58,987 bases of DNA from IMG/VR virus record IMGVR_UViG_3300013126_000003, positions 1-58,987 of that record; one strand, written 5' to 3'. The notes under the pieces were generated by a model. The model was not told the origin of the DNA. It ran no database searches and worked only from the letters and a program-made list of their open reading frames with translations. Every line of letters starts with the position of its first letter. Position 1 is the first letter of the stretch. Shown piece after piece: positions 17,705-26,150 of the stretch. The translations under genes and the position numbers were made by a program. The DNA is from a virus (taxonomy: Duplodnaviria > Caudoviricetes).

Positions 17705-18037
17705 TCATGTTGCGTCTCTTAAGGTACAAGCATACTCATAATTCTCTTCGGCAATAGCCTTACTTAGGGCTTCGTCAATCGTTGTGAAGTGTTCACTCGC
17801 AGTCCATCGAACTCCGTATGTCGGCATGACGCTTCTTCTGCAATTGCACATGAGCATCTCTCTATCGGTTGGTTCGTTAGATACGTTGATCGACTGAGAC
17901 CCACACGCTTGGCAGTAGACAACGTCAAGCACCTTATACACCTGACCTTTTACTCTTGTCTGACATCTGTCTGCTACAGCGCTTGGGGTGGAGTTTAACG
18001 CCACCACTCGGTCGCCTATGTTGAATCTATTTTGCAT
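17705..18037 (-). CDS. Zn-ribbon protein with a C-terminal UvrB/UvrC (UVR)-like motif
   Basis: CQACG...CNC; ends ALSKAIAEENYEYACTLRD. Confidence 0.65.
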   Translation of the reverse strand: MQNRFNIGDRVVALNSTPSAVADRCQTRVKGQVYKVLDVVYCQACGSQSINVSNEPTDREMLMCNCRRSVMPTYGVRWTASEHFTTIDEALSKAIAEENYEYACTLRDAT

Positions 18038-18063
18038 AATGGTTTGTTGGTTTTCATACGAAG

Positions 18064-18285
18064 TTATGTATTATGTGGTTCTAAGCCAATCTCTCCACCC
18101 TCGTAGTTGATTTGCTCGTTGATTGACTCCATGATGTAATGACCTGTAAGCACACTGCTTAACACCTCGGCGGCCATGCGGTCGTCGCACTTGAACTTAT
18201 CCCTCACATCATTGATGTGCCACAGGTTGTCTACAAAATACCCCGCGTCCTTCAGGACTTGCTTTGCTTGTTCAATTGTATTCAT
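18064..18285 (-). CDS. Hypothetical protein
   Basis: 73 aa, LWHINDV motif, ATGA-coupled. Confidence 0.7.
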   Translation of the reverse strand: MNTIEQAKQVLKDAGYFVDNLWHINDVRDKFKCDDRMAAEVLSSVLTGHYIMESINEQINYEGGEIGLEPHNT

Positions 18286-18623
18286 AGCTTGAATTTTTGG
18301 AAGGTTTGTTCAAAGGTGTTGGTGATTGATTCTTTGTCAACTTTAACATCACCAATATGTCCTGCAAAAGTCCATTTTAGAGAATTGTTTTTAGTAGTTA
18401 GATTAGAACCTTCTCCATAAGCAAACACTTTCTCGGCAGACGTAGCAAGAGCTTCTTTGATTACCTTCTCCGTGTACTCATTAAGTTGCTCAGGTGTGAA
18501 GAAGTAGCCTTCTTTTTCTACTACTCCCGTTATTGTTTCTAACCAATGAGAATGGTCATTACATACAACTTTTTCTTGTTCACCATTTACAGGTAAATAA
18601 ACTTCTCGTTTGATTGGTGTCAT
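18282..18623 (-). CDS. Hypothetical protein
   Basis: 113 aa; C-terminus resembles the neighbouring gene. Confidence 0.7.
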   Translation of the reverse strand: MTPIKREVYLPVNGEQEKVVCNDHSHWLETITGVVEKEGYFFTPEQLNEYTEKVIKEALATSAEKVFAYGEGSNLTTKNNSLKWTFAGHIGDVKVDKESITNTFEQTFQKFKL

Positions 18624-18625
18624 AG

Positions 18626-18871
18626 TTACTTGATATTGGTTAGTGGATAAGCGTTGAGTATAGAGTTATCATCGACACCCCATATAGGTCTAAATGAACC
18701 CTCTGAAATTTCTACATGGTCTATTGGCGTTATCTCAGCCTTATCACTTGCTGCTTTAAGTGCTGCTTCAACGTGTAGTTTAGCAAATTCAATCAGCCAT
18801 TCATCAACTGATGTGCTTTGAAACCTTTGTGCATTATTGGATAAAAATTGTTTTGCTGTTGGTATACTCAT
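18626..18871 (-). CDS. Hypothetical Bacteroidota-phage protein
   Basis: IEFAKLHVEAALKAAS...SILNAYPLTNIK. Confidence 0.75.
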   Translation of the reverse strand: MSIPTAKQFLSNNAQRFQSTSVDEWLIEFAKLHVEAALKAASDKAEITPIDHVEISEGSFRPIWGVDDNSILNAYPLTNIK

Positions 18872-19239
18872 AGTTGTTTTATAGTTAGTTCCTCACCTGT
18901 TAGAGCGAAGTAAAGGTTTTGAAGTTGGTGAACGTATTTGATTGAAATAATTGTTTCTAAATTATTGCTTTTTAGATGCACAAAATCATCATCATTATAG
19001 CTGACTAAAAGAAACAAATCAGTATCTAAAACCAAATCATCGCCATCCTTCTCAAACCCAAACTTCACCAACCATTCTTCTGTTAGTGGGATGGGTTTAA
19101 TCAAGTCATATTTGGCATGGATAAAATTTCCTTGCATCGTTTTTAGAGTACACACACCATCTGACATTAAATTCTCAATAGTGTTTAAGCAACCGTCATT
19201 TGAAACTAAGTTACCTATACGAAGTTCATTTGCTTTCAT
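18868..19239 (-). CDS. Conserved Bacteroidota-phage protein (possibly YopX-like)
   Basis: MKANELRIGN...PIPLTEEWLVKFGF...YVHQLQNLYFALTGEEL. Confidence 0.75.
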   Translation of the reverse strand: MKANELRIGNLVSNDGCLNTIENLMSDGVCTLKTMQGNFIHAKYDLIKPIPLTEEWLVKFGFEKDGDDLVLDTDLFLLVSYNDDDFVHLKSNNLETIISIKYVHQLQNLYFALTGEELTIKQL

Positions 19240-19616
19240 AGTTCAAAAAGGTATTTACCACAAGCTACTACTTGTCCTTGTGAGTTGGTTGTTGTTTGAG
19301 GTTCTTCTATTTTATTCATACCATCATCAGTTATTCCTATTACTTCAATTTCAAAGTCGAAGTGAGTAGGAAAAGTAAATACACCTTCTTCTAGTGGTGG
19401 AAGCAAAGGCACTCCTTCAAGGATTGGTGAGTTGTTGAGTGGCAAATGAAATAGTATCTCAAAACACTCATTGAGATATGAATTTTCTACCTCAGAAAAT
19501 CGTATCACATTTCGGTATCTCATCGAATAAACATTGAGATTGCTTGGCATATCTACTAGATGCTCTTTTTCTACAACAAGTAGATATTCGTTTGTTTTGA
19601 TTAGTTCTTTTTTCAT
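19236..19616 (-). CDS. Hypothetical protein
   Basis: 126 aa; starts 15 nt after a palindrome copy. Confidence 0.7.
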   Translation of the reverse strand: MKKELIKTNEYLLVVEKEHLVDMPSNLNVYSMRYRNVIRFSEVENSYLNECFEILFHLPLNNSPILEGVPLLPPLEEGVFTFPTHFDFEIEVIGITDDGMNKIEEPQTTTNSQGQVVACGKYLFEL

Positions 19617-19631
19617 GTCGGAAGTTTTAGA

Positions 19632-19651
19632 GAGTACGGTTGACCGTACTC
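19632..19651. repeat. 20-bp palindromic repeat, copy 1
   Basis: GAGTACGGTTGACCGTACTC. Confidence 0.95.
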
Positions 19652-19656
19652 TTTGG

Positions 19657-20097
19657 TTAAAGTTGTTTGCGTTCTACCTTGTATATCTCATACCCTCTGC
19701 TCTTAAGGAACTCGATAGCGTCACGCTCACTCATGGTGCTAGGTTCAGGTATGAATTGTGCATTGGCTTCCTCAGCCGCAGCCACCACAGACGCCTTGTC
19801 CATCTCCTCTCTCAGCTTGTTGCGCTTTTTGCGCTGCTCGGCATACCTCTTGACGCGCTCTTTGTGTGAGGCAATAATTCGATCGACCATGTCCGATGTT
19901 GGCATAGACACGATCCAATTACACACGTCGGTGGTTACCGATGCAACGTACCCCTCATGTCTTAAGGTGGTGATGATAGATGCATCGACCTTGTGGTTCT
20001 TGATTATTGATGATACAACAAAGGTCTTTTGATGAGCGCAGTCGTCGATGAATGCGCTGTACTTCTTGCGGGTCTTGTCTTTAATTGTGTTTACCAT
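19657..20097 (-). CDS. Hypothetical protein
   Basis: 146 aa with a basic coiled segment. Confidence 0.7.
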   Translation of the reverse strand: MVNTIKDKTRKKYSAFIDDCAHQKTFVVSSIIKNHKVDASIITTLRHEGYVASVTTDVCNWIVSMPTSDMVDRIIASHKERVKRYAEQRKKRNKLREEMDKASVVAAAEEANAQFIPEPSTMSERDAIEFLKSRGYEIYKVERKQL

Positions 20098-20585
20098 GAC
20101 TGAAAGATTTGTGGTTTATTTAATATGTGTGGTTCAAGTTCGTCGACAGCACTTTCGATAAAGTCGTACTCAGACTCATACTCCTCGCCATTAAATACAT
20201 ACATACCGGTGTCCTCGTTGTACCTAAAGTTTATACAGCTGCCGTCGTACATCTTGATACTAGCAGGGCGTATCGGATTGAACACAGCCTTGCCATATAG
20301 CCCCATGCCTGACTCATCAAACCGATGCTCATACTCAACCTTAAAGCGTCTGCCGATAAGCATGATAGTAGATAGAGCAGGTGACCACTTGGATAAGAAT
20401 TGATAGTCACCTTTGTCCCATCCTTGTATATCGAAAAGATAGGGTGCATTGTACCTTTCACATGCCAACCACTCAGGGCGAACCCCCTCTGTAGATAGCA
20501 TCATCTTGCTGAACAGCGCATCGACCTTGTCTAGCGCAGAGGGACTTCCCTTGAAAGTCACATTGTTGTTGCACCAATTAGGCAT
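20091..20585 (-). CDS. YubB/DUF1281 ferredoxin-like domain protein
   Basis: MPNWCNNNVTFKG N-terminus, FLSKWSP, FDESGMGLYG. Confidence 0.75.
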   Translation of the reverse strand: MPNWCNNNVTFKGSPSALDKVDALFSKMMLSTEGVRPEWLACERYNAPYLFDIQGWDKGDYQFLSKWSPALSTIMLIGRRFKVEYEHRFDESGMGLYGKAVFNPIRPASIKMYDGSCINFRYNEDTGMYVFNGEEYESEYDFIESAVDELEPHILNKPQIFQSW

Positions 20586-21012
20586 TTCTTTGCGTGTTAT
20601 TGTCGTTCAACATTTGCTTGATGTCATTGAATAATCGCTCGTCATCGAAACGAACTGCATCAAAAAAGTCATCGCCGTCAATCTCAATAGTGGCCGTAAC
20701 ATCCAACCGCCCCGACCTTGTCTCGCAAGTATCGTAGTGGACGGTGGCAAACTCTCCATATGTACCTCCGCAGTTCAATGAGTGTACCCTAGCATGGTTC
20801 ATAGCTATGGTTACGATGCGCTTAATGACGTCGTCAGGTATCACATCTACCGTGAGTACTTGCTCATCGGGCAGTACGCTGACGCTGTTAGATAGGTGGT
20901 TAATAATACCAAGCAAGTCATCGCTAGTGAATATCGAGCCCGTAAAAATTGATTGAGGTCTTTGAATATTATCCTTAACCTCGTTAATGATTTGTAATAC
21001 CTGTGCTTTCAT
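20578..21012 (-). CDS. Hypothetical protein
   Basis: 144 aa, operon-coupled. Confidence 0.7.
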   Translation of the reverse strand: MKAQVLQIINEVKDNIQRPQSIFTGSIFTSDDLLGIINHLSNSVSVLPDEQVLTVDVIPDDVIKRIVTIAMNHARVHSLNCGGTYGEFATVHYDTCETRSGRLDVTATIEIDGDDFFDAVRFDDERLFNDIKQMLNDNNTQRNA

Positions 21013-21301
21013 TTCTGTTTATTCTAATTGGTTCCATTCTGTGATACACCTCTTGCCAATGATTGTGTCCTTGGCTTGTGCGAGACCATATGATTCTCGC
21101 ATCTACAACGTCTCTCCAATCCCGTAGCATTTTTACTCCGCCATTAAAGAAGACTTGCTCTTCTAAAAATCTTTCTCTCAAGATTATAGCTGATGCCTTA
21201 GAGAGTCCTTGGTCTTCACGGACTTTGATTACGAAAGACCTTTTCCACTCCCGCCACTCTTCAGGTGTCATCCATGCTTCAAAAAATTCATATCGTGTCA
21301 T
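20984..21301 (-). CDS. Hypothetical Trp-rich protein
   Basis: WSRTSQGHNHWQEV motif. Confidence 0.7.
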   Translation of the reverse strand: MTRYEFFEAWMTPEEWREWKRSFVIKVREDQGLSKASAIILRERFLEEQVFFNGGVKMLRDWRDVVDARIIWSRTSQGHNHWQEVYHRMEPIRINRNESTGITNH

Positions 21302-21330
21302 GTGGGTAGTGTTAAATGGTGAGAGAAAAA

Positions 21331-21350
21331 GAGTACGGTTGACCGTACTC
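21331..21350. repeat. 20-bp palindromic repeat, copy 2
   Basis: GAGTACGGTTGACCGTACTC; overlaps the amidoligase stop codon by 1 nt. Confidence 0.95.
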
Positions 21351-22603
21351 TATTTGATATCAGCAGATTCGTCAGTAAGGTCAACGTCATTGTACAATGA
21401 GCTATACTCAACGAACAACTCAACCTTACGCATCATCTTCTCCTTGCCTACCACCGACTCAATGTGCTTGTGTAACTCAGACGTTGAGTCGCAAAGCATA
21501 CGCAGTACATCGCGCTCACTTGCACCGAAGTTTCGCATGATGATACGCAACAGCTCAACACGCCACAATAAGTTCTTCACGTTCTTCACGGCAGGGAAGA
21601 TGCGGAACTCCAAGGTATCGCCACGAACGTAGATGCTCGAGCGTTTGTCTCGGTTAAGGTACTCATGCTTCTTCTTAGCGAACGAATAGCCCACGTCAAG
21701 ACGCTTGACGTACAAAGAGTAAAGCACAGGGAAAAATCCCGACACGCCCTCGAATATCTCCTCGACCGTGTACTTACTTGATGCAACGTGGATGTGACCA
21801 CCGCATCGGTTGCTGAACGTGCCGTTGATGTGTTGCTTAAGCAACTCGCTACTCTCAATGTCATCTTCGTGTAGCGTACCGAACAGGTCATACACCGGAC
21901 TGATGAGCTCATACCCGCTGTCGCTATCCAAACTAGCATCTGTCTCTTTAGTCCAACCATGCGGTAGGTCTCTAAAGCTACAGCTTATTCTCGCATCGAG
22001 GTCTTCCTTCTCAACTTCAAACCCCATAGTAAACTCAGTACCCTCGGGTGTTCTCCAACCACGCCCACCACCACGGTGATACGAAGCAAGATGGTCGTCA
22101 GACGCAGAGACTGATGACCGTGATGGATAATACGGAGGGTTTGGCGAAGTTTCTTCATCGTCATCGTCCTCGTCATACGGCGCGTCGTCGCAGTGACGCC
22201 ACTCGTCGACCGAGTCATAGTAATACACGTCGCGGTGATTGGCAACACGCTCACTGATGTAGTACATATCATTCGTCTCACAACGAACATAGTCCTCATC
22301 ATCGGTTATGAAATACCCCTCATCGCCTCCGCCGTTGAGGACACCCCATGTGCAGTCATCTCGGTAGGCATACCCACTACCCTCGACCCACACAATATCT
22401 CGAGACTCCTCCTCATGCTCATGGAATAAATCACCGCAGATTGTTGCATGAATCTCGTCTGAGTCGTCATCTCTGTGGCAGACCTCGCCCGATGCTAACA
22501 CTTGAATATCAGAGTCGCCGTTACGATACCACTCACCTGAGTGAATACCGATTGTGAATTGAGAGCACTCATCCATGTAAGGAAGAACTAATTTTTGTGA
22601 CAT
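21350..22603 (-). CDS. Putative amidoligase (glutamine synthetase-like COOH-NH2 ligase) with an acidic Cys/His-containing N-terminal region
   Basis: MGFEVEKE, ETDASL, GYELISP, CGGHIHV and TLEFRIF motifs. Confidence 0.82.
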   Translation of the reverse strand: MSQKLVLPYMDECSQFTIGIHSGEWYRNGDSDIQVLASGEVCHRDDDSDEIHATICGDLFHEHEEESRDIVWVEGSGYAYRDDCTWGVLNGGGDEGYFITDDEDYVRCETNDMYYISERVANHRDVYYYDSVDEWRHCDDAPYDEDDDDEETSPNPPYYPSRSSVSASDDHLASYHRGGGRGWRTPEGTEFTMGFEVEKEDLDARISCSFRDLPHGWTKETDASLDSDSGYELISPVYDLFGTLHEDDIESSELLKQHINGTFSNRCGGHIHVASSKYTVEEIFEGVSGFFPVLYSLYVKRLDVGYSFAKKKHEYLNRDKRSSIYVRGDTLEFRIFPAVKNVKNLLWRVELLRIIMRNFGASERDVLRMLCDSTSELHKHIESVVGKEKMMRKVELFVEYSSLYNDVDLTDESADIK

Positions 22604-22633
22604 ATGAATTGAATTAAAGTGGTTGAAAATTTA

Positions 22634-22653
22634 GAGTACGGTTGACCGTACTT
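22634..22653. repeat. 20-bp palindromic repeat, copy 3
   Basis: GAGTACGGTTGACCGTACTT; abuts the GATase stop codon. Confidence 0.95.
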
Positions 22654-23529
22654 TTAGTTGGCGACTCCATCGTACATTGCATCACAACATACTCTGCACA
22701 GGGGTGCTTGATACGTCTCATCGTATACACACAGCTTGTCCTCAAGACACGATTCGCATCGTTCGTAATTCGTGTCACGAGAATAGTTGAAGTCGGGTTT
22801 ATCAAAGGGGTTCCCGCTCTCCTCTCCGTAGTCCGTGAAGTCATCCGACTCGGTAAAATCCTCACGCTTGTCATACGTTCGGGTCTTGGGATTCCACTTA
22901 TACTTCCTCTCCCAATCGGTATCTTCCCAATTGTCATCTCTGCTATATCTAAAGCTCGGCATAGACCTGCCACCAACGTCAAGGTATCGGCCAATTTTAT
23001 AGGTGGTATTGCTGAACCAACAGCCCATGTCCCACACACCTGCCTCCTCGTTAATGATGTACGCATCATTGTCTGTGTTGAGGAATAGCAGTTTACTGCC
23101 ACCGATGTATCCCGACACGAGCTCATAGATGGCGTCGTTATGTATCCAATCAACAGGTAGCTTCTTGAGTACAAGTTCGTTGAACAAATTGGTATCGCTC
23201 TTGTCCTTGTCTCGACCGATAGAGGATATCATGCCGTTATGCACGAAGCCCCACTTGTCATTGGTAATAAATGGATGGCAGTTCTCAAGATTGATACGGC
23301 CATGTGTCCCGATACGGAAGTGGATGACCACCTGACTCTCCGCATGGTCTTTGCGCACACTTAGGTAGTGGTTGTAGAACTTGTCAAAGTTCTTCATCTC
23401 CTTGTGGGCGGTTAGCTTCTTGTCTTTTAGGTACAAGAGTCCCGCTCCGTCCTTGTTGTTGTCCCAACACGTCTTGAGTATGCTTTTCTCAAGCGTCACG
23501 TCGTTAGGGTTTAGAATGGCAATGCACAT
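22654..23529 (-). CDS. Class II (Ntn) glutamine amidotransferase
   Basis: N-terminal Cys (MCIAI), HFRIGTHG, NCHPF, VHNGMI, SDT; C-terminal CxxC...CxxC. Confidence 0.9.
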   Translation of the reverse strand: MCIAILNPNDVTLEKSILKTCWDNNKDGAGLLYLKDKKLTAHKEMKNFDKFYNHYLSVRKDHAESQVVIHFRIGTHGRINLENCHPFITNDKWGFVHNGMISSIGRDKDKSDTNLFNELVLKKLPVDWIHNDAIYELVSGYIGGSKLLFLNTDNDAYIINEEAGVWDMGCWFSNTTYKIGRYLDVGGRSMPSFRYSRDDNWEDTDWERKYKWNPKTRTYDKREDFTESDDFTDYGEESGNPFDKPDFNYSRDTNYERCESCLEDKLCVYDETYQAPLCRVCCDAMYDGVAN

Positions 23530-23573
23530 AGTGAAATAGATTTAAGTTTAACACGATTTTTTAATTGACTCTG

Positions 23574-23605
23574 CAAAGATACGACATTACTTTGCAAAAA
23601 GCAAA
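23574..23605 (-). promoter_or_regulatory. Bacteroidota sigma-A promoter for the GATase-amidoligase genes
   Basis: TTTG-N20-TATCTTTG on the minus strand. Confidence 0.8.
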
Positions 23606-23610
23606 TAAAG

Positions 23611-23883
23611 CTACTTTAGAACTTTCTTCGCTTTGGCAAGTAGGCTGTCTATATCCCCGCCTTTTAGTGCGCTTTTGATTTGCGATCGTAGCACATCTGA
23701 CACGACAGAGGTAAGGTCTGCATCGCACGGCTTCCCGTCTATTTGATACTCACCACTTGGCTCATCCAATTGCAAGTCACTCACTTTTATCCACCTACCT
23801 TCACGGTCTTTCTTGTACACCTCTGCTCCATAGGCAAAGGCTATAATAAGCGGTAGCATTTTCTTACACTCGTGTCTTGTCAT
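23611..23883 (-). CDS. Hypothetical protein
   Basis: MTRHECKKMLPLIIAFAYG; 90 aa. Confidence 0.7.
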   Translation of the reverse strand: MTRHECKKMLPLIIAFAYGAEVYKKDREGRWIKVSDLQLDEPSGEYQIDGKPCDADLTSVVSDVLRSQIKSALKGGDIDSLLAKAKKVLK

Positions 23884-23907
23884 TTGTTTAGGTATTGGTT
23901 AATTGAA

Positions 23908-23927
23908 AAGTATGGTTGACCGTACTC
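23908..23927. repeat. 20-bp palindromic repeat, copy 4
   Basis: AAGTATGGTTGACCGTACTC; overlaps the upstream stop codon by 1 nt. Confidence 0.9.
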
Positions 23928-24148
23928 TAGTTATTGTTGTTCTTGCTCTCAAGCGTGTTGACAACAGCAAGGCATAGCGACACTCCCGCACCGACAATGA
24001 ATACACCGACGGAAAAGAAGTTTTGCGCCACCTCAAGATAGTTAACCCAAAAGGTTAAACTGATTACGGCGCAAAGGAATGAATAGGTGAGTGCAAATAG
24101 CACTGCATAGGTGCTAAGCACCACGAAAGGTTTAAGGGTTTTGTGCAT
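23927..24148 (-). CDS. Small membrane protein (2 TM)
   Basis: Two hydrophobic helices. Confidence 0.7.
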   Translation of the reverse strand: MHKTLKPFVVLSTYAVLFALTYSFLCAVISLTFWVNYLEVAQNFFSVGVFIVGAGVSLCLAVVNTLESKNNNN

Positions 24149-24152
24149 ATAA

Positions 24153-24392
24153 TTATGGTTTTAGTTGAATCATTGAACAGCTTTGACCTTTGTAGATAAG
24201 CACCACAGTGCTATCGTCAATGGTATACTTGTATAGGCTACCTCCTCGCTCTTCATGCAGTAGCTCCATGACTACCCTACTCTTGACTACGTCAGGTTCT
24301 TTGGATGTGCAATCAGTTGAGATTGTCTCGATACCCCAAATCATTACCCCTATGGTTAGGACGATGTCCCAAGACGGCATAATTTTTCTCAT
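24153..24392 (-). CDS. Hypothetical protein with an N-terminal hydrophobic segment
   Basis: 79 aa. Confidence 0.6.
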   Translation of the reverse strand: MRKIMPSWDIVLTIGVMIWGIETISTDCTSKEPDVVKSRVVMELLHEERGGSLYKYTIDDSTVVLIYKGQSCSMIQLKP

Positions 24393-24416
24393 GTTGATAT
24401 TGAATTTAAGTTTTAC

Positions 24417-24707
24417 TTAGCAGTCCCCATTGCAATAGCCTCGCTCCTCACAATCCCCGTATCCCATCTCGCACTTGAACTCGTTGTGGGTGTAGTTGAG
24501 TTCAAAGTCTAGTTCTTGTTGCACCTCTATATCAATTTGCTCTTGCCAAAACTTAGGTAGGTCGGTGTATTTAACCACGCTCTCATTGCCCTTGCAGTCA
24601 TCAATAACCTCTTGTTTGTCGGTATAGCGAACTATCTTCCCGCTCCACTCAAATTGTAGGACGTGGTCATTCGCCTCATCGTAAAGTACATATATGTTAT
24701 CGTTCAT
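24417..24707 (-). CDS. Hypothetical protein with a C-terminal 4-Cys cluster
   Basis: Ends CEMGYGDCEERGYCNGDC. Confidence 0.7.
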   Translation of the reverse strand: MNDNIYVLYDEANDHVLQFEWSGKIVRYTDKQEVIDDCKGNESVVKYTDLPKFWQEQIDIEVQQELDFELNYTHNEFKCEMGYGDCEERGYCNGDC

Positions 24708-24722
24708 GTTGTGAAAGGTTTT

Positions 24723-24742
24723 GAGTATGGTTGACCGTACTC
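24723..24742. repeat. 20-bp palindromic repeat, copy 5
   Basis: GAGTATGGTTGACCGTACTC. Confidence 0.92.
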
Positions 24743-24785
24743 TTGGTTAGTGCCGTCATACTATACTTTGGTTGGTAAGAAAGTG

Positions 24786-24817
24786 CAAAGATACAACAAA
24801 GTTATATCGAATGCAAA
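24786..24817 (-). promoter_or_regulatory. Bacteroidota sigma-A promoter
   Basis: TTTG-N20-TATCTTTG; a second TAACTTTG lies at 24797-24804. Confidence 0.8.
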
Positions 24818-24844
24818 TAAGTTCTTTGCAACAATTGTAAACGA

Positions 24845-25042
24845 CTACCACTCAAGTTCACCGCACTCACATAGCATGTCGTTGTACTTGAATACGCCTG
24901 TCTCTAGGTAGGCCATGACTTCGCCCTTACAAGCCGACTCATAGACCTTACCTTCGGTAGTCCTAAGCGTATAGAGGCCGTCATCGGTTGGTTGAATAGT
25001 GGTGTTCACTAGTAAGTGAATGAGGATGTACATTGTGTTCAT
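24845..25042 (-). CDS. Hypothetical protein
   Basis: 65 aa, flanked by palindrome copies. Confidence 0.65.
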   Translation of the reverse strand: MNTMYILIHLLVNTTIQPTDDGLYTLRTTEGKVYESACKGEVMAYLETGVFKYNDMLCECGELEW

Positions 25043-25068
25043 ATATACGAGGGGTTTTGATTAGCGAA

Positions 25069-25088
25069 GAGTACGGTTGACCGTACTT
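25069..25088. repeat. 20-bp palindromic repeat, copy 6
   Basis: GAGTACGGTTGACCGTACTT. Confidence 0.95.
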
Positions 25089-25123
25089 TTGAAATTGGGT
25101 TAGTATTAGTGTTACACACTAAT

Positions 25124-25161
25124 AAAAACAAAATACGCCCACCATATAGGTGAGCGCATCT
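25124..25161 (-). terminator. Intrinsic terminator after the first early gene
   Basis: Minus strand reads AGATGCGCTCACC-TATAT-GGTGGGCGTATTT then TGTTTTT. Confidence 0.65.
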
Positions 25162-25185
25162 TGCTTCGAGGGGTGAATTGGTATC

Positions 25186-25953
25186 TTAAGATACCATATC
25201 CATAGTCACTTCTTCTTCGATACCGCCTTGTAGGATATCAAGCATAGCTTGTTTTTTAGCGTTTTTCTTCGCCTTATCCACAGAGGCATTCGCCTTCACA
25301 TCCACCTTAGCTTGTGTCTCAGCTTTCAGCTGCTTAAGCGACTTTTGCAAGTAAGCAATTGCTTTAGCAATATCATCCTTGGTAGCGGTTGTTTTCACCT
25401 CACCTTTGTCGGTTATCCTTAAGGATACATTGTTCATCTTCATGGCTTCGCCATTAAACGTGAATGTAACGATAGGCTTCGCCTTTGTATCCACGGCAAC
25501 CTCATTAGCTTCGCTAACGCCACCCTCTTCGTTACCCTCATCCTCATTTAATCCTAAAGGATTAGCGGTTGAATTGTCGTGTTTCTTGATGAATTTCTCG
25601 AAATTCTCAAGAGAATAACTTGCCGCACCTTGTAACGCATCGCATTGTGAGACGAACTCTTCGGCAATTTGTGGCAAACGCTCTGTAGCTTTAGCTACAC
25701 GAATGTAAAGGCCGTATTGCTGTTTGCTAAGGCCGTAGGCCATTTTCACCACCTCTTCCTGTGTGAGTGCGGTGTCTTTCAAGAAGGTTTTACCTTCTTC
25801 GCTTTTAAGCCATTTGTAACCTTTCAAAAGAAAGGTAGCCATTTCCACGGACTTGGCGAATGACTTGCCTTGTGCGTTTTTCACGGCGTTTGCTAGTGTG
25901 TTCACTTGAGCGGTGTGCAACATCTTGTGTGCAAGAGACGAAAGATTTTTCAT
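25186..25953 (-). CDS. First gene of the early arm, hypothetical 255 aa protein
   Basis: Long ORF with its own promoter and terminator; acidic linker and Lys/Ala-rich C-terminus. Confidence 0.8.
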   Translation of the reverse strand: MKNLSSLAHKMLHTAQVNTLANAVKNAQGKSFAKSVEMATFLLKGYKWLKSEEGKTFLKDTALTQEEVVKMAYGLSKQQYGLYIRVAKATERLPQIAEEFVSQCDALQGAASYSLENFEKFIKKHDNSTANPLGLNEDEGNEEGGVSEANEVAVDTKAKPIVTFTFNGEAMKMNNVSLRITDKGEVKTTATKDDIAKAIAYLQKSLKQLKAETQAKVDVKANASVDKAKKNAKKQAMLDILQGGIEEEVTMDMVS

Positions 25954-26001
25954 ATGATAAAAGGTGTTAAATTTTGTCGTATCATTTGTTCAACGACTTT
26001 G

Positions 26002-26034
26002 CAATACTACGACAATTCTCTACACAAAGTCAAA
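26002..26034 (-). promoter_or_regulatory. Probable first early promoter
   Basis: TTTG-N21-TAGTATTG (one mismatch to TAnnTTTG). Confidence 0.55.
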
Positions 26035-26113
26035 TTTTTTTTTTGCACCTTCCAAAAACCTCAGTGTTTATGCGGGTTTCAGGGCTGATTTTTTTTTGGC
26101 TAGGTAACGAAAT

Positions 26114-26133
26114 GAGTATGGTTGGCCGTACTC
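26114..26133. repeat. 20-bp palindromic repeat, copy 7
   Basis: GAGTATGGTTGGCCGTACTC. Confidence 0.88.
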
Positions 26134-26150
26134 TGACAAGGTCGGAAAGC

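Noticed and set aside
19632-26133. Palindromic repeats as a CRISPR array
   Set aside because: Spacing is 0.3-1.7 kb and contains whole genes; no cas genes are present.
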